Shown here: positions 1 through 11,344 of the stretch, in pieces
Numbering within the stretch: the first letter of the stretch is position 1
Layout of the letters: each line of letters opens with the position of its first letter
DNA from: an uncultured Acidimicrobiia bacterium
Lineage (GTDB): Bacteria; Acidobacteriota; Terriglobia; Versatilivoradales; Versatilivoraceae
DNA length: 64,000 nucleotides
Assembly: GCA_963786955.1 (NCBI GenBank)
Contig: CAWBAT010000009.1
Location: 192,001 to 256,000 of the forward strand
Reading direction: 5' to 3'
Translations under genes and position numbers: made by a program
The notes under the pieces: model-generated
Told to the model about the DNA's origin: nothing
The model's database searches: none
The model's input: only the letters and a program-made list of their open reading frames with translations

Positions 1-2794
1 GTGTGTCAAGCTCCAGGATTTGGGGATAAGGCCGCAAAGCTTGGGAGACGGAACCGGTGAAGCCGGGATACGGCACGGGAATACCGGCAGCGATCGCCGC
101 CGGGGAATAGATACTGCTGTTGAGAAGGGTGGCGCCGTATTGCTGAAGATAACTATACGGGGTCTGGTTGTAGTTGTTAAGCCCACTCTGCAGATGGTAA
201 CCTCTCAAAGCGGAGTAACCCGCCTCGAACATCATAGTGCCCGTTAACTGGCGCTGGATCGAGAGCGTCCACGAATCGGCAGTCGGAAGCATCGTCGCGT
301 CATTGCCTTGCCACCAACTCACACTATTCCCGTTTCCAAATGACGGATTGAGTTGAGGGGGCAGCGGATACGGAGGGAACCCGTCTTTGAGAAGAAACGT
401 CGGGTATACTCCGGAAGTCGTATTGGACGGGGTAAAGATCGTGACAAACCCGAGGAAGTGGGCGGACCCTGCCGCGGCGGTGACAAATCCGAACGACTGG
501 GAGAAACCCGCGCGAAGGACGGTTTTATCGTTCAGACTGTAGGCTAACCCGATGCGCGGCCCCCACGCATTGTAATTAGTACCGGCTAACTGGCGGGTTC
601 CTACCCGCCCTTCTCCCGTCCCGGCGAACAGGAGAGCGCCCATCCGGTTGCCCGCTGCCGGATTGGGCGTCGTGGGGCTGAAGTCGCTATAGCGGTCGTA
701 TTCTTCAAACGGCGGCAAAGTGTTTTCCCAGCGCAAGCCCAGATTCAAAGTCAACTTGTTGTTGACACGAAAATCATCCTGGGCAAATCCGGCAAAATAG
801 ACAAACTCCTGGCCGATGTAACGAAAAGTTTCGGTTCTGCCACTGTCAACCATGCCCAACAAGAAAGAGGCGAAGGAACTCCCGCCGCCGGCGGCAAAGC
901 TGGTAACACCCGGGAGGCCGGTTTCCGTGGTGCTGAATGTCACTCCGCCGGAGATCCCTTGCTGGCCGAACCCGGAATAATAGTTTTTCTGATACATCCC
1001 GCCAAACTTAAACGTGTGCCGCCCCTTAATCCAGGTTAGGTCGTCATTGAAATTGAAGAGCGGATTATGCGAACCACTAGACGAATAACTTCCCCATTGG
1101 GTATATCCATCCGAACCGTACAACACAGTTGTCAAGTTCGTATTGCAGTTCGGGACGTTGGGCAAGCAGAATGTGTTCTTCCAGTTCCCCTGCTGCTGGT
1201 TGGCATTGGTCGCTTCTTGCTGCCAATTGTTCACGCCGCCGTAGAAGTGGTTGAGTAAGGTTGGGGAAAAGGTGTGAGTCCACCCCCCGCGATAAATGGT
1301 GCTCCGATTATATTGGGATTGGAAGTTGGAATAGTACCCGGGGAGGGCGGCGGGTCCCGCCGGACCAGCACCATTCGTTTCTGTGTTATAACCAAAGTAG
1401 AAATAGATTCGGTTCTTGTCCGAAAAGACGTAATCAACTTTTGCGCTAAATTTGTTCCAGGGGCTGGACGTGCTCCCTTGAGTGATCAAGTAGTTGTTTT
1501 GCACGTAGCCGACTGTTCCTGGCAGAGCTCCGTTGTTGGGGGCGGGCAGCTTGGCCGGACCGGATTGGTAGACTTGAAGCAGTTGTGCGGCCAGGGGATC
1601 CCAACGGTTCTGGGGAATCTTGTTGCCCGGGAAAGGATCCCGAATGAGCTTACCGGAGGCGTCAGTCCTGAGCGTAGCTGGGTCATAGATGGTGATCTGC
1701 TTGCCGCTGCTATTGACCCAATTAGAGAAGTCGCCGGTTAACATTTCGGGGGTGGGAATGGTAGTTGCCTGAGCGGTCGCGCCGATCCGGTTACGGAATC
1801 CCTCGTAGGCGGTGAAAAAGAACATTTTATTCTTCCCGTTGTAAAGCTTTGGAATATAGACAGGACCTCCTACACTCACCCCGAAGTCGCTTTGCTTATA
1901 AACTGCTCGCTCGAGGCCAGCCCTGTTGCTGAAGAAACGGTTGGCATCCAGGGCATTGTTGCGCAGAAACTCGAACACCGAGCCGTGAATATCGTTCGTT
2001 CCCGATTTCGAAGAAAAGCTCATCACGCCTCCCATGGCATGACCGAACTCCGCCTTGTAGCCGTTTGTGTCTACAGTAAACTCGGTAATGGCGTCTAGCG
2101 GCGGGGTATTGTAGGTTACCCACGAATTCGGCAGAGGGTTGCCGACGCCCATCGACACGCCATCCAGCGTAATCCCGTAGGCGCGAGGCTGGCCTCCTCC
2201 GATCGAAAAGCTATCATAGACCGGTGCCGCATTGGTTGGACCCGATCCTAAGGCGACTGATGTTCCGAAGTTTTTGGCCTCCGGCGTTAAGGTTGCCAGA
2301 TCAAAAGGGCTGCGCAGAGCCCCGCCGACGACAAGCGGTAATTGCTGTATCATCATATTGCTCACGTTGGCAGAGATTTTTGCCTCCTCCGTTTTCAGCT
2401 GAGATACGTCGCCTGTAACCTCAATCTCCTGGCGGACTTCTCCGATTTCCAGTGAGAAATCGACCCGGATAGCGGAAGCCGAATTCAGCGTAATCCCGGA
2501 CCGGATGACCGTTTTGAAGCCTTCTTTCTCAGCTCGTATATTGTACTTGCCAACGGGTAGGTCTGGAACCGTATACGTTCCCGCCTCGGTACTCTGGGTC
2601 GTCGAGGATGCACCAGTTGCCGGATCTGTTACAGTGATCTTTGCTCCTGGGACAAGCGCACCGGCACTATCCAGGATCGTTCCGTTAATGGTTCCGCGTC
2701 CAGACTGCGCGAGCAGAGACTCGGAACTTGTAAGCATCAAAACTCCTAACAAGACAACGGCGAGCCGTCGGACTATTTTGCCCAATACTTTCAT
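1..2794 (-). CDS. TonB-dependent receptor with N-terminal carboxypeptidase-regulatory-like domain (3' end outside window)
   Basis: Manual translation from ATG 2794 after SD GAAAGGAG: signal peptide MKVLGKIVRRLAVVLLGVLML..., then GTINGTILDSAGALVPGAKITV and EGFKTVIRSGI. The same frame reads ALRPYPQ at the window edge. Absent from the ORF track because it has no stop in the window. Confidence 0.92.
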   Translation of the reverse strand, partial: MKVLGKIVRRLAVVLLGVLMLTSSESLLAQSGRGTINGTILDSAGALVPGAKITVTDPATGASSTTQSTEAGTYTVPDLPVGKYNIRAEKEGFKTVIRSGITLNSASAIRVDFSLEIGEVRQEIEVTGDVSQLKTEEAKISANVSNMMIQQLPLVVGGALRSPFDLATLTPEAKNFGTSVALGSGPTNAAPVYDSFSIGGGQPRAYGITLDGVSMGVGNPLPNSWVTYNTPPLDAITEFTVDTNGYKAEFGHAMGGVMSFSSKSGTNDIHGSVFEFLRNNALDANRFFSNRAGLERAVYKQSDFGVSVGGPVYIPKLYNGKNKMFFFTAYEGFRNRIGATAQATTIPTPEMLTGDFSNWVNSSGKQITIYDPATLRTDASGKLIRDPFPGNKIPQNRWDPLAAQLLQVYQSGPAKLPAPNNGALPGTVGYVQNNYLITQGSTSSPWNKFSAKVDYVFSDKNRIYFYFGYNTETNGAGPAGPAALPGYYSNFQSQYNRSTIYRGGWTHTFSPTLLNHFYGGVNNWQQEATNANQQQGNWKNTFCLPNVPNCNTNLTTVLYGSDGYTQWGSYSSSGSHNPLFNFNDDLTWIKGRHTFKFGGMYQKNYYSGFGQQGISGGVTFSTTETGLPGVTSFAAGGGSSFASFLLGMVDSGRTETFRYIGQEFVYFAGFAQDDFRVNNKLTLNLGLRWENTLPPFEEYDRYSDFSPTTPNPAAGNRMGALLFAGTGEGRVGTRQLAGTNYNAWGPRIGLAYSLNDKTVLRAGFSQSFGFVTAAAGSAHFLGFVTIFTPSNTTSGVYPTFLLKDGFPPYPLPPQLNPSFGNGNSVSWWQGNDATMLPTADSWTLSIQRQLTGTMMFEAGYSALRGYHLQSGLNNYNQTPYSYLQQYGATLLNSSIYSPAAIAAGIPVPYPGFTGSVSQALRPYPQILELDT

Positions 2795-2942
2795 TTCCGT
2801 TCTCCTTTCTTACCGAATAAATGGATCGCTAACTACAATTCCAGTTACGGCTAAGAGACAAGAGACATACCTATTGAGGAAATACCGAAGAAATTAATGG
2901 GGGGGAAATTCACCCTGCTCTTCTCAAGACGAGAGAGGGTCG

Positions 2943-3192
2943 TTTTAAAAGCGTTTGAAAATGCGGAAAATTCCAGCAATTTCAACATTTTTATGGGTTG
3001 TAGGGATCCCGTTCGATCAGGTGTTTCTTTGACGTTACTTGAACTGGGATATAGCAGGTCAGGATACTAGGAAAGGTAAAGGGTTCTAGATCAACTATCA
3101 ATCAGACATGAGATCCTAACCCACTTGTTTCTATTTGCAAAATGTTTGCCAAACTTTTGGAAGTGCTTTGAGATTGTCTGCAACCGATTGAA
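2943..3192. promoter_or_regulatory. Possible LacI-family operators upstream of the TBDR
   Basis: TTTTAAAAGCGTTTGAAAA (2943-2961), TTGCAAAATGTTTGCCAA (3135-3152) and TGCAACCGATTGAA (3179-3192) resemble the TGNAANCGNTTNCA palindrome and lie in an AT-rich spacer. Confidence 0.35.
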
Positions 3193-3481
3193 AATACTGA
3201 TTAATTTTACTAGGATCAAAATTTCTATTAACGACCAATCCAGACCCATTAGCTCAATTTTATACAACTTTTCGTATGCTTCCCTAAGAATATACGAGAA
3301 CAAATAGATTTTCGCATTCACGCTCAAAAGGCTTTCTCAACCGAGAAGCGTAACAGCCAATAATGGACCAGTGTGCAATGCGTTAGATTTGGAGGGTCAT
3401 CAGGGGTCAATTTGCATTGTGCGCCCTTGGCAAGCGAGTGCGTACGACAGCATTGCCGAAAGAAAACGAAGGAGGTAATTG

Positions 3482-3619
3482 GTGGTGACGGTACCCCGTG
3501 TTGAAGACTTAAGAAAGAAGGGGAAACTGGTTTTGAAAGTAATTGAAGGAAACTATAATTCATCTCCTTCTGATGAATTGTTTAATGAGGATTATGTAAC
3601 GCAAACTCTAAGTAACTAA
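3482..3619 (+). CDS. Candidate 45-aa small protein
   Basis: Perfect SD AAGGAGGT at 3469-3476, GTG start, MVTVPRVEDLRKKGKLVLKVIEGNYNSSPSDELFNEDYVTQTLSN*. Confidence 0.4.
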   Translation: MVTVPRVEDLRKKGKLVLKVIEGNYNSSPSDELFNEDYVTQTLSN

Positions 3620-3671
3620 CACCAAGACAGGACGGCGGCGCAGATCTCGGCTCTCCACACGCGTATAATTC

Positions 3672-3715
3672 CCCCTCACCTCCAACTCCTCTCCCTCGCT
3701 GGGAGAGGAGAGCCG
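3672..3715. repeat. CCCCTCACC...CTCTCCC...GGGAGAGG palindromic repeat
   Basis: Related copies at about 6494-6538, 23717-23742, 24545-24588, 35812-35892 and 35961-36008. Confidence 0.75.
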
Positions 3716-3753
3716 AAGATTCGTTATCTGGTCTGGGTCAGCTCCCGCGAGAC

Positions 3754-4140
3754 CTATGCAGCCTCCCGGTGCCAGTGAATAAATTTCACACGCCATCGTT
3801 GGCCCACCTTTTCGACGAGCATGCTTTCCTTACCCTTGGATTCTTCGGCCACTCCGTTGTCCATGGTCTTCATTCGATAGTTGAAGTAGACCATGGCCAT
3901 TCCGGAACCGAGTTCCAGAACCTGAGGCCGGAGGATCTTGTAGGATTTAATTTGTAGTGAACCGGCAAAGTACGGTCTGTATTGCCTGAAAAAATTCTTC
4001 TTGCCCACCAGCGGAACCGCAAAAGCAGGGCCGATTTCAGTGATGTCCTCAGAGAGCTGAAGAGACATGGCCTGTCGATCCTTTTGAACCCAGGCGGCAG
4101 TGAGCTTACGAATACATTCCAGCGGGGGGCTTGCTGACAT
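3754..4140 (-). CDS. NTF2/SnoaL-like (DUF4440-type) protein
   Basis: 128 aa ending in WRVKFIHW, a typical NTF2-like beta-sheet pattern. Confidence 0.75.
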   Translation of the reverse strand: MSASPPLECIRKLTAAWVQKDRQAMSLQLSEDITEIGPAFAVPLVGKKNFFRQYRPYFAGSLQIKSYKILRPQVLELGSGMAMVYFNYRMKTMDNGVAEESKGKESMLVEKVGQRWRVKFIHWHREAA

Positions 4141-4285
4141 GAGGGCCTTTTTTCACACCTTCAGCCAAATTGAGATTATCCCTTTCCTGCTGACTATCGA
4201 GAATTTCTCACGATCATTGTTGCTGTGTTCATTGAGCCCGAATCCTGAAGCTGTGTAAGCTCCACTAGGTGGACCGGCAAGCGCT

Positions 4286-5461
4286 TCATTGATCGCGCAA
4301 GAATCGTTTGATTCCCCGGACGGCTTGATGAATACGCTGCTCATTTTCCACGAGTGCAAAGCGAACGAAATCGTTTCCATACTCACCAAAACCTATCCCC
4401 GGACTCACGGCTACCTTACCTTCTTCTAAAAGCAATTTGGAAAACTCAAGGGAGCCCATGGCCTTGAATCGCTCCGGAATTTCGGCCCAGACAAACATGG
4501 TGGCTTTCGGTTTTTCGATCGGCCAACCCGCACGGGTCAGCCCTTCGCAAAGCGCATCGCGGCGACTGCGATACACCTCGACAATTTCCTGAACACACTC
4601 CTGAGGGCCGCGCAATGCGGCAATCGAAGCAATCTGGATCGGCTGGAACATGCCATAGTCCAGGTAGCTCTTGATTCGTGTCAAGGCATGGATGAGTTCC
4701 CGATTCCCGACGCAAAAGCCCACCCGCCAGCCGGGCATATTGTAGCTCTTGGAAAGAGAAAACAATTCCACGGCACGCTCACGGGCTCCCGGTACCTGGA
4801 GGATGCTCGGCGCCTTGTATCCATCAAAGACCAAATCCGCATAAGCCAGATCGTGAATGACAATTAAGTTATTGGCTTTGGCAAAATCGATGACCTGCCG
4901 GAAGAATTCCAAATCGACTACCTGGGTCGTCGGATTATGCGGGAACGAAAGGATCAACAGCTTGGGCTGGGGCCATATTTGCTTGATGCGACGCTGGATC
5001 TCGTCGAGAAAATTTCGTCCCGGCAGCATGGGAATGCTGTGAATATCTCCTCCCGCAATTAGCACGGAATAGAGGTGAATCGGATAAGTTGGGTTCGGAA
5101 CAAAAGCCGCATCTCCCCGACCCGTGATGGCGAGGACTAGATGCGCCAATCCCTCTTTGGCCCCCATGGTGACGATGGCTTCGCCCTCGGGATCAATCTG
5201 GACATCATAGTTCCGCTGATACCATTCACTAATCGCCAGACGAAGCTGATAAATTCCCTTCGAAGCGGAATAGCGATGGTTTCGAGGGTTCTGGGCCGCT
5301 TCCACCAGCTTATTGACAATGTGGGGCGGGGTTGGCATATCGGGATTTCCCATCCCTAGGTCAATAATGTCCTCTCCAGCCCGCCGCGCTTTCATCTTCA
5401 GCTCGGTGACGATGCTGAATACATAAGGGGGGAGTCGTTTAATACGTTCAAATTCACTCAT
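4286..5461 (-). CDS. alaC: PLP-dependent class I aminotransferase, AlaC-like alanine transaminase
   Basis: [45 protein letters not shown]. Confidence 0.88.
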   Translation of the reverse strand: MSEFERIKRLPPYVFSIVTELKMKARRAGEDIIDLGMGNPDMPTPPHIVNKLVEAAQNPRNHRYSASKGIYQLRLAISEWYQRNYDVQIDPEGEAIVTMGAKEGLAHLVLAITGRGDAAFVPNPTYPIHLYSVLIAGGDIHSIPMLPGRNFLDEIQRRIKQIWPQPKLLILSFPHNPTTQVVDLEFFRQVIDFAKANNLIVIHDLAYADLVFDGYKAPSILQVPGARERAVELFSLSKSYNMPGWRVGFCVGNRELIHALTRIKSYLDYGMFQPIQIASIAALRGPQECVQEIVEVYRSRRDALCEGLTRAGWPIEKPKATMFVWAEIPERFKAMGSLEFSKLLLEEGKVAVSPGIGFGEYGNDFVRFALVENEQRIHQAVRGIKRFLRDQ

Positions 5462-5475
5462 GGATTTCCCTTTCG

Positions 5476-6429
5476 CTACTGAAATGCCAGATAGGCCGCT
5501 CCGTAGATTCCGGCATTTCCGCCCAGACTCGATTTCATAATTCGTCGCGGACTATTCCGGTACACATAAGACCGTCTGAAAACTTCCTCGAGCATGCTGA
5601 CCTCAAAGGCGTCCCAGGCGTCAACGGCTCCGCCGCCCAGTACAAACAAGTCGATATCGAAGATGTTGATAAAAGTGGCGATGGCAATCCCTAACGCCTT
5701 TCCTACTTCGGCAAAGATCATCTTGGCGGACGAATCTCCCTCTTTCGCCAGCTGATAGAGCAGCGCCGCAGTCAATCGATTTCCTGAGCCAGCGAGATGC
5801 TTGAGACCTGAACTCGCCTTGCCTGCCTCCAGCAACTCTTGCGCAGCAAAGACGACGGCCGATGCCGCCGCATACGCCTCGAGGCATCCCCGGCTCCCAC
5901 ACTTGCAGAGCCGCCCCTCCGGGTAAATGGTCACATGCCCTAATTCCGCAGCCATCCCGGTTAGACCATGCCAAATCTTCCCGTCGAGAATGAGTCCACC
6001 TCCAATTCCCGTCCCCATCGTCAACAAACAAAGATGTTGGACATCTTTCCCCACGCCCATCCATTTCTCACCGAGAGCCGCGGCGTTGGCATCGTTGTCC
6101 AGAAAAATGGGACTGTTCAGCCCTTTGAAAATTTGGGCTCGAACATTGAAATTCTCCCAGCCGGGCAAATTGGGCGAAGCGACGACGACACCCTCGCCCA
6201 GCTTGATGATTCCCGGGACCCCAACACCAATCCCCGCCAGGGTATAATGCTTTTTCCAGCGGGCGACGAGTTCCAAAATACCGCCGGTCAATCGGTCGAC
6301 AACATCTTCCCGACCTTTTTCGGACAATGTTTCTAAATTCAATTGGTCGAACAAGGCCCCATTTTCGTTAATGGCGCCGACCCTGAGATTTGTCCCGCCG
6401 AGATCCACTCCGATCGCAAACCGTGTCAT
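5476..6429 (-). CDS. ROK family sugar kinase (glucokinase)
   Basis: [29 protein letters not shown]...[10 protein letters not shown]. Confidence 0.93.
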   Translation of the reverse strand: MTRFAIGVDLGGTNLRVGAINENGALFDQLNLETLSEKGREDVVDRLTGGILELVARWKKHYTLAGIGVGVPGIIKLGEGVVVASPNLPGWENFNVRAQIFKGLNSPIFLDNDANAAALGEKWMGVGKDVQHLCLLTMGTGIGGGLILDGKIWHGLTGMAAELGHVTIYPEGRLCKCGSRGCLEAYAAASAVVFAAQELLEAGKASSGLKHLAGSGNRLTAALLYQLAKEGDSSAKMIFAEVGKALGIAIATFINIFDIDLFVLGGGAVDAWDAFEVSMLEEVFRRSYVYRNSPRRIMKSSLGGNAGIYGAAYLAFQ

Positions 6430-6493
6430 GGAATTCCCTATACCTTCATTTTGATGCGACGGCCTATTTCCGGCATTCTAAATTGGTTTTGCT

Positions 6494-6538
6494 CCCCCCT
6501 CACCCCCGGCCCCTCTCCCGCGTTGGGGCGAGGGGAGC
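6494..6538. repeat. CCCCTCACC-type palindromic repeat
   Basis: CCCCTCACCCCCGGCCCCTCTCCCGCGTTGGGGCGAGGGGAG, nearly identical to 24545-24588. Confidence 0.85.
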
Positions 6539-6595
6539 TGTGAATCTTAAGCGTTGGAATGAGGAGAATCGAAGGTTCAAAAAATCTGCGCCGTT

Positions 6596-8143
6596 TTAAC
6601 GTTCAGATGCCTTTTTGACGACTTCAGTCACACGATCGAAGTTTGGCTTGAGCGCTCCGTATAACGCACGATAAATTTCATAGTAGTCCTGATATCGAGG
6701 CACATTTTCAGGGTTTGGCGCAGTAAAGTTGGTCAAACGGATGGCCTGTTGGCAGGCCTGTTCCAGAGAACTGAAGCCGCCGGTGCCAACGGCCGCCATC
6801 AGCGCAGCGCCAAAGGCAGCCCCTTCGTCCGCCACAACGGTGCAAATTTCTTTGTTAAAGATATCGGCCTGAATCTGGCGCCACAATCCGCTACGCCCTC
6901 CTCCTCCTGAAGCCCTGACCTGGCTGGTGCTGACTTTCATCTCATCAAAAATAAGGAAAGAATCCTTGAGGCTGTAAGCGACTCCTTCCAAGACAGCGCG
7001 AATCACATCGGCTCGAGTATGCCGGCCGGTTAAGCCGAAAAGAACTCCCTTGGCATTGGCATCGAGGTGAGGAGTTCGCTCCCCCATCATATAGGGAAGG
7101 AAAATGAGCCCCTCCGCTCCTGGCTTTGACAATGCCGCTTGCCGGGTCAGCAATTCATAGGAATCTTGTTTCATGAGATTCCCGAGATTGACTTCTTGAG
7201 CTCCGAATTGATCCCGGAACCAGCGCAAGGAAAGGCCGGCCCCTTGCGTCACTCCCATCACATGCCATTTCTGAGGAACAGCATGACAAAACGTATGGAC
7301 TCTCCCTTTCTGGTCCCTGGCAGGATTTTCCATAAACGCAAAGACGACCCCCGAGGAGCCAATTGTAGAAGACACGATTCCCGGCGAAACAATCCCGTTG
7401 CCGACGCCTCCTGAGGCTTGGTCCCCGCCTCCCCCCACCACATCCACGTTAGCGCTCAGTCCCAGCTCCTGAGCAACATCCTGACGCACCTTTCCGGAAA
7501 CGACAATCGACTCGTGCACTGCGGGCAGCCAATCTTCGTTGAACTCAAGGCGCGCCATGATTTCTTTGGACCAGCGCCGCTGAACCACGTCAAAGAGCGT
7601 TGTTCCGGATGCATCGGAGACTTCGGATGCAAACTCGCCGGTCAGGCAAAATCGAATGTAGTCTTTCGGAAGCAAGACCTTGTGAATCCCTGCGTAGATC
7701 TCTGGCTCGTGACGTTTCACCCACTCCAATTTTGGACCAGTAAAACCGGTCAGCGCAGGGTTGCAAGTGATGTCGATGAGGCGATCATAGCCGACGGTTT
7801 CCGTGATCCGGTCAGCCTCTGCCTGACAGCGCTGGTCACACCAAATAATGGAAGGCCGCAAAACCTGATGACTCTTATCGAGAAGTACCAACCCATGCAT
7901 TTGGCCCGAAAGTCCAATGGCGTGGATCTCACGACCCTTGACGCCGGTGCTCTGGAGCACCTTGGCGATAGCTGTCTTGGTCGCCCCCCACCAGTCTTCT
8001 GGATTTTGTTCTGCCCACTGGGGCTGCGGGGTACTGATGGGCTCATGGTCAGCAGAATGCCCTCCGACGACTTTGCCCTCTGCATCGATTATGACTGCAC
8101 GAGTTCCTGTCGTTCCAACATCAATTCCAAGTGAGTAGGTCAT
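6596..8143 (-). CDS. xylB: Xylulokinase
   Basis: GIDVGTTG, GLSGQMHG, SEVSDASGT, PYMMGERTP. Confidence 0.93.
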   Translation of the reverse strand: MTYSLGIDVGTTGTRAVIIDAEGKVVGGHSADHEPISTPQPQWAEQNPEDWWGATKTAIAKVLQSTGVKGREIHAIGLSGQMHGLVLLDKSHQVLRPSIIWCDQRCQAEADRITETVGYDRLIDITCNPALTGFTGPKLEWVKRHEPEIYAGIHKVLLPKDYIRFCLTGEFASEVSDASGTTLFDVVQRRWSKEIMARLEFNEDWLPAVHESIVVSGKVRQDVAQELGLSANVDVVGGGGDQASGGVGNGIVSPGIVSSTIGSSGVVFAFMENPARDQKGRVHTFCHAVPQKWHVMGVTQGAGLSLRWFRDQFGAQEVNLGNLMKQDSYELLTRQAALSKPGAEGLIFLPYMMGERTPHLDANAKGVLFGLTGRHTRADVIRAVLEGVAYSLKDSFLIFDEMKVSTSQVRASGGGGRSGLWRQIQADIFNKEICTVVADEGAAFGAALMAAVGTGGFSSLEQACQQAIRLTNFTAPNPENVPRYQDYYEIYRALYGALKPNFDRVTEVVKKASER

Positions 8144-8171
8144 TTTCGTTCCCTTCTCCTTTCCTCATTCC

Positions 8172-9701
8172 TCATCCCATGCCAGCCGGCTGATGGAGCC
8201 CCATGGCCAGAGCCATGATTTTTTCCTGGTCTGCTTCTTCCCTTCTCAATTCGCCTGAAATCTCTCCGTCGTACATCACCAGAATTCGATCACTCATTTT
8301 CAAGACTTCCGGAAGCTCGGAAGAGATCAAGAGAATTCCAATTCCTTCGGAGACCAGCTTCCAAATTAATTGGTAAATCTCGGCTTTGGCCCCGACGTCG
8401 ATCCCGCGAGTAGGCTCATCAAAAATCAAAACCTTACTCTTGGTAAAAAGCCACTTCGAAAGCACCACCTTCTGTTGAGTTCCACCACTCAGGTTTCGAA
8501 CCACTTGCTCCGTAGAAGGTGTCTTGATTGCCAATTCCCTGACGTAGTCCTGCGTGATTGCCTTCTCGGCCCGGATATCGAGAAACCCGCCTTTGACCAA
8601 GCACCCCAGGTTCGCGAGCGTCGTATTTTCCCGGACCAACATATTCAAGACGAGCCCCTCAGACTTTCTATCTTCACTCAAAAACCCGATCCCTGCATCT
8701 ATGGCTTCTCGCGGGGATCCCCATTGAACAGCCCGCCCCTCGAAAAAGATCTTGCCACTATCGGGAAGGTCGGCCCCGAAGATGACACGAGCCAGCTCGG
8801 TTCGTCCTGCTCCAACCAGACCGGTGAGACCTACAATTTCCCCGGCCCGCAAGGAAAAATTAATATTGTGAAGCTTCCCCCTTCTGGTGATTGATTCAAG
8901 GCGCAAGAGTTCCTCCCCAAATCTTGAAGGCTCGGGAGGGAAGAACTCGTCCATCTCTCGGCCCACCATGAGGCGAATGATTTGTTCCCGGGGCAGCCTT
9001 GTGGCGGATTCGGTGTGAATTGTCTTCCCATCCCGCATGATCGTTACGCGATCGCAAATCTTCGAAATTTCTTCCAGCCGGTGAGAGATGTAAATAATCG
9101 ACACGCCTTGGCTTTTCAATCGCCGAATCAAGTTAAAAAGTTCACCCAGTTCACGGTCTGTTAAGATGGCTGACGGTTCATCCATGATGATGATTTGGGA
9201 TTTGACCGAGATCGCCTTAGCAATCTCCACCATTTGCTGCTGAGCGAGACTGAGCTTTTTGACACACGTCCTTCCGAGGATTTTCTGTCCAAAACTTTCG
9301 AGCAGTTCTTCGGCGCGTGATTCCATCTTTCTTCTATCCAGGCAGCCGAAGACATTTCCCGATACCTCGTGACCCAAGAAAATATTTTCCGCCACCGTCA
9401 TTTCCGGGACGAGATTGAGCTCTTGATGGATCATGGCAATACCCAGATGTCGGGCGGCAATCGGGGAATCGACTCGCGTCTCAATCCCATCAAGACGAAT
9501 GATCCCGGAATCAGGAATATAGACACCTGAAAGAATTTTCATCAGGGTGGATTTCCCGGCGCCATTTTCCCCCACCAGGGCATGGCACTGTCCAGCCTCA
9601 ACTGAGAGACACGCACCATCGAGGGCCAGCACGCCGGGAAACTCCTTCGTCATGTTGATCATTTCCAGCTTTGGCGATTTTCTGGAGTCTTCTTTTTCCA
9701 T
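8172..9701 (-). CDS. Sugar ABC transporter ATP-binding protein (RbsA/MglA type, two NBDs)
   Basis: GENGAGKS, MDEPSA, LSGGTQQKV, FDEPTRGIDVGAK; start taken at MEKEDS. Confidence 0.93.
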   Translation of the reverse strand: MEKEDSRKSPKLEMINMTKEFPGVLALDGACLSVEAGQCHALVGENGAGKSTLMKILSGVYIPDSGIIRLDGIETRVDSPIAARHLGIAMIHQELNLVPEMTVAENIFLGHEVSGNVFGCLDRRKMESRAEELLESFGQKILGRTCVKKLSLAQQQMVEIAKAISVKSQIIIMDEPSAILTDRELGELFNLIRRLKSQGVSIIYISHRLEEISKICDRVTIMRDGKTIHTESATRLPREQIIRLMVGREMDEFFPPEPSRFGEELLRLESITRRGKLHNINFSLRAGEIVGLTGLVGAGRTELARVIFGADLPDSGKIFFEGRAVQWGSPREAIDAGIGFLSEDRKSEGLVLNMLVRENTTLANLGCLVKGGFLDIRAEKAITQDYVRELAIKTPSTEQVVRNLSGGTQQKVVLSKWLFTKSKVLIFDEPTRGIDVGAKAEIYQLIWKLVSEGIGILLISSELPEVLKMSDRILVMYDGEISGELRREEADQEKIMALAMGLHQPAGMG

Positions 9702-9850
9702 GTCCAAACACTCGATTGTAACCGCTAGAAAACAAAAGGTAATCATACACAAATCAAAAGACCGTTCAAACCCCAAAATCCCCGATCCATGCCGCTTCAA
9801 GGCATAAGTGTGGTATAAATGAGCCAACAAGCGGAGCGGAGTAACGACTT

Positions 9851-11100
9851 ATGGAAATATTGGGTGGCCCCCTTTTTGGGGTAGCGGGAGCTGGTGAGTC
9901 ACATGGGCCAGCTATAACAACAATTGTTTTTGGGTGCCCGCCAGGGTTGAGAATTTCACGGGAGCAAATTCAGCATTATCTGAACAGGAGGCGTCCCGGG
10001 GGCAATAAGCACGGCACACCCAGGCATGAAGACGACCAAGTCGTCCTGCTCTCCGGGTTGTATGCCGATGGGGCCGATGAACTCGTTTCGGGACCCGAGT
10101 TACGGGTCAGCCATGAAAATAAAAGCACCTCATCGCAGACCTATGACCGTGGAATTTCCACAGGAGAACCCATTTCCGCCATTGTGCTCTCGGCATCCAA
10201 GAAGTCAAATGACTATACCCAGTTCGTGGGAACGCAAGGGGAAGTTCGGCCCGGACATACGGATCTCGTCAAACATTTTCAATCGGCTGGATTTGCTGAT
10301 CCTCGTGGTGGCGGTCGGTCAAGCTATCGTTCCACCATTTCAGACGTGATCGCGGGATCCATTGCGAGGATTTACCTGGAGCGACATTTTCAAACCACCA
10401 TTTTGTCTTCGATTTCTCAGGTTGGAACTTTGAAAAGTTCCGTCAGCCTGTCGGATACTCTGGAAGCCTAGTCCACTCCAGATCCCCTCAAAAGGTTTCT
10501 CATGAAGAAATCCAGAAACTGGAATCACAGATGGCCGAAACTGAGATCCATACCATTGACCCGGAGTTTGCGGTTCGTGCAGGAGAACTCATCAAAGAGA
10601 CCCGGAAACAGGGGGATTCCATTGGCGCAGGGATTGAAGTGGTTGCCGTAAATGTGCCCCCGCTCATCGGAGAGCCGTTCTATAACAGTTTGAAACTTCG
10701 ACTCATGGGCTCTCTGGGAGGACTTCATGCAGTGCAATCCTGCGAAATGGGTTCGGGCTATGCGGTTGTCGAACGCCGCGGAAGCGAAAATAATGATCTT
10801 ATCCGCCGGTCCGGCTATCAGACCAACCATCAAGGGGGACTCATTGGAGGGATTACCACCGGGATGCCGATTGTTTGCCGGGTTGGTTTCAAACCGACTT
10901 CAACTATCTCTTTGCCACAGCAGTCCGTCCGCAAAAATCTCGAAGAGATTGATTTCCAACTTAAGAGCGGGCGACACGACCCCTGCGTCGGCGTTCGGGC
11001 CGGAGTGACACTCGAATCACGCATGGCAATCGAAATTATGAATGCCGTCCTGATGCATCAGGCCCAGAGGGTCGATCCAGCCGCATTTAAACTCTTCTAG
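9851..11100 (+). CDS. aroC: Chorismate synthase, split by a 1-nt frameshift near 10460-10470
   Basis: GESHG, RRRPG, RPGHTD and GGGRSS in 9851..10471; GDSIGA, GGLIGGITTG, FKPTS and GRHDPC in 10531..11100, whose frame is open back to about 10441. Confidence 0.88.
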
Positions 11101-11184
11101 AATCAACCCAGAGTGTTCTTCAGGCTACATTCATCTTTGCAATATCGCACGACAGGCGTGGACGCCTATCGCCACACCAGAAAG

Positions 11185-11235
11185 TAGCAACAGGCCTCCC
11201 GGCCTGTTGTCCGGGGCCAGCGGCCCCGGCTACAG
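11185..11235. repeat. GTAG...CTAC REP doublet
   Basis: GTAGCAACAGGCCTCCCGGCCTGTTG...CCGGGGCCAGCGGCCCCGGCTAC. Confidence 0.6.
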
Positions 11236-11344
11236 CAAATGAGAACGAACTTCTGTAACTGAGTGCTCTGTTTTATAAATACAGCCGCGTGTTTTAGCGG
11301 TTTGTCGTATTAAAGGACGGAACGCACGCACCACTTGCCTCTTG

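Noticed and set aside
3427-3442. TTGGCAAGCGAGTGC as a sigma54 promoter
   Set aside because: GG-GC spacing is 9, not 10
3091-3563. ORF-track ORFs in the AT-rich spacer
   Set aside because: No SD or recognisable motifs; probably promoter sequence
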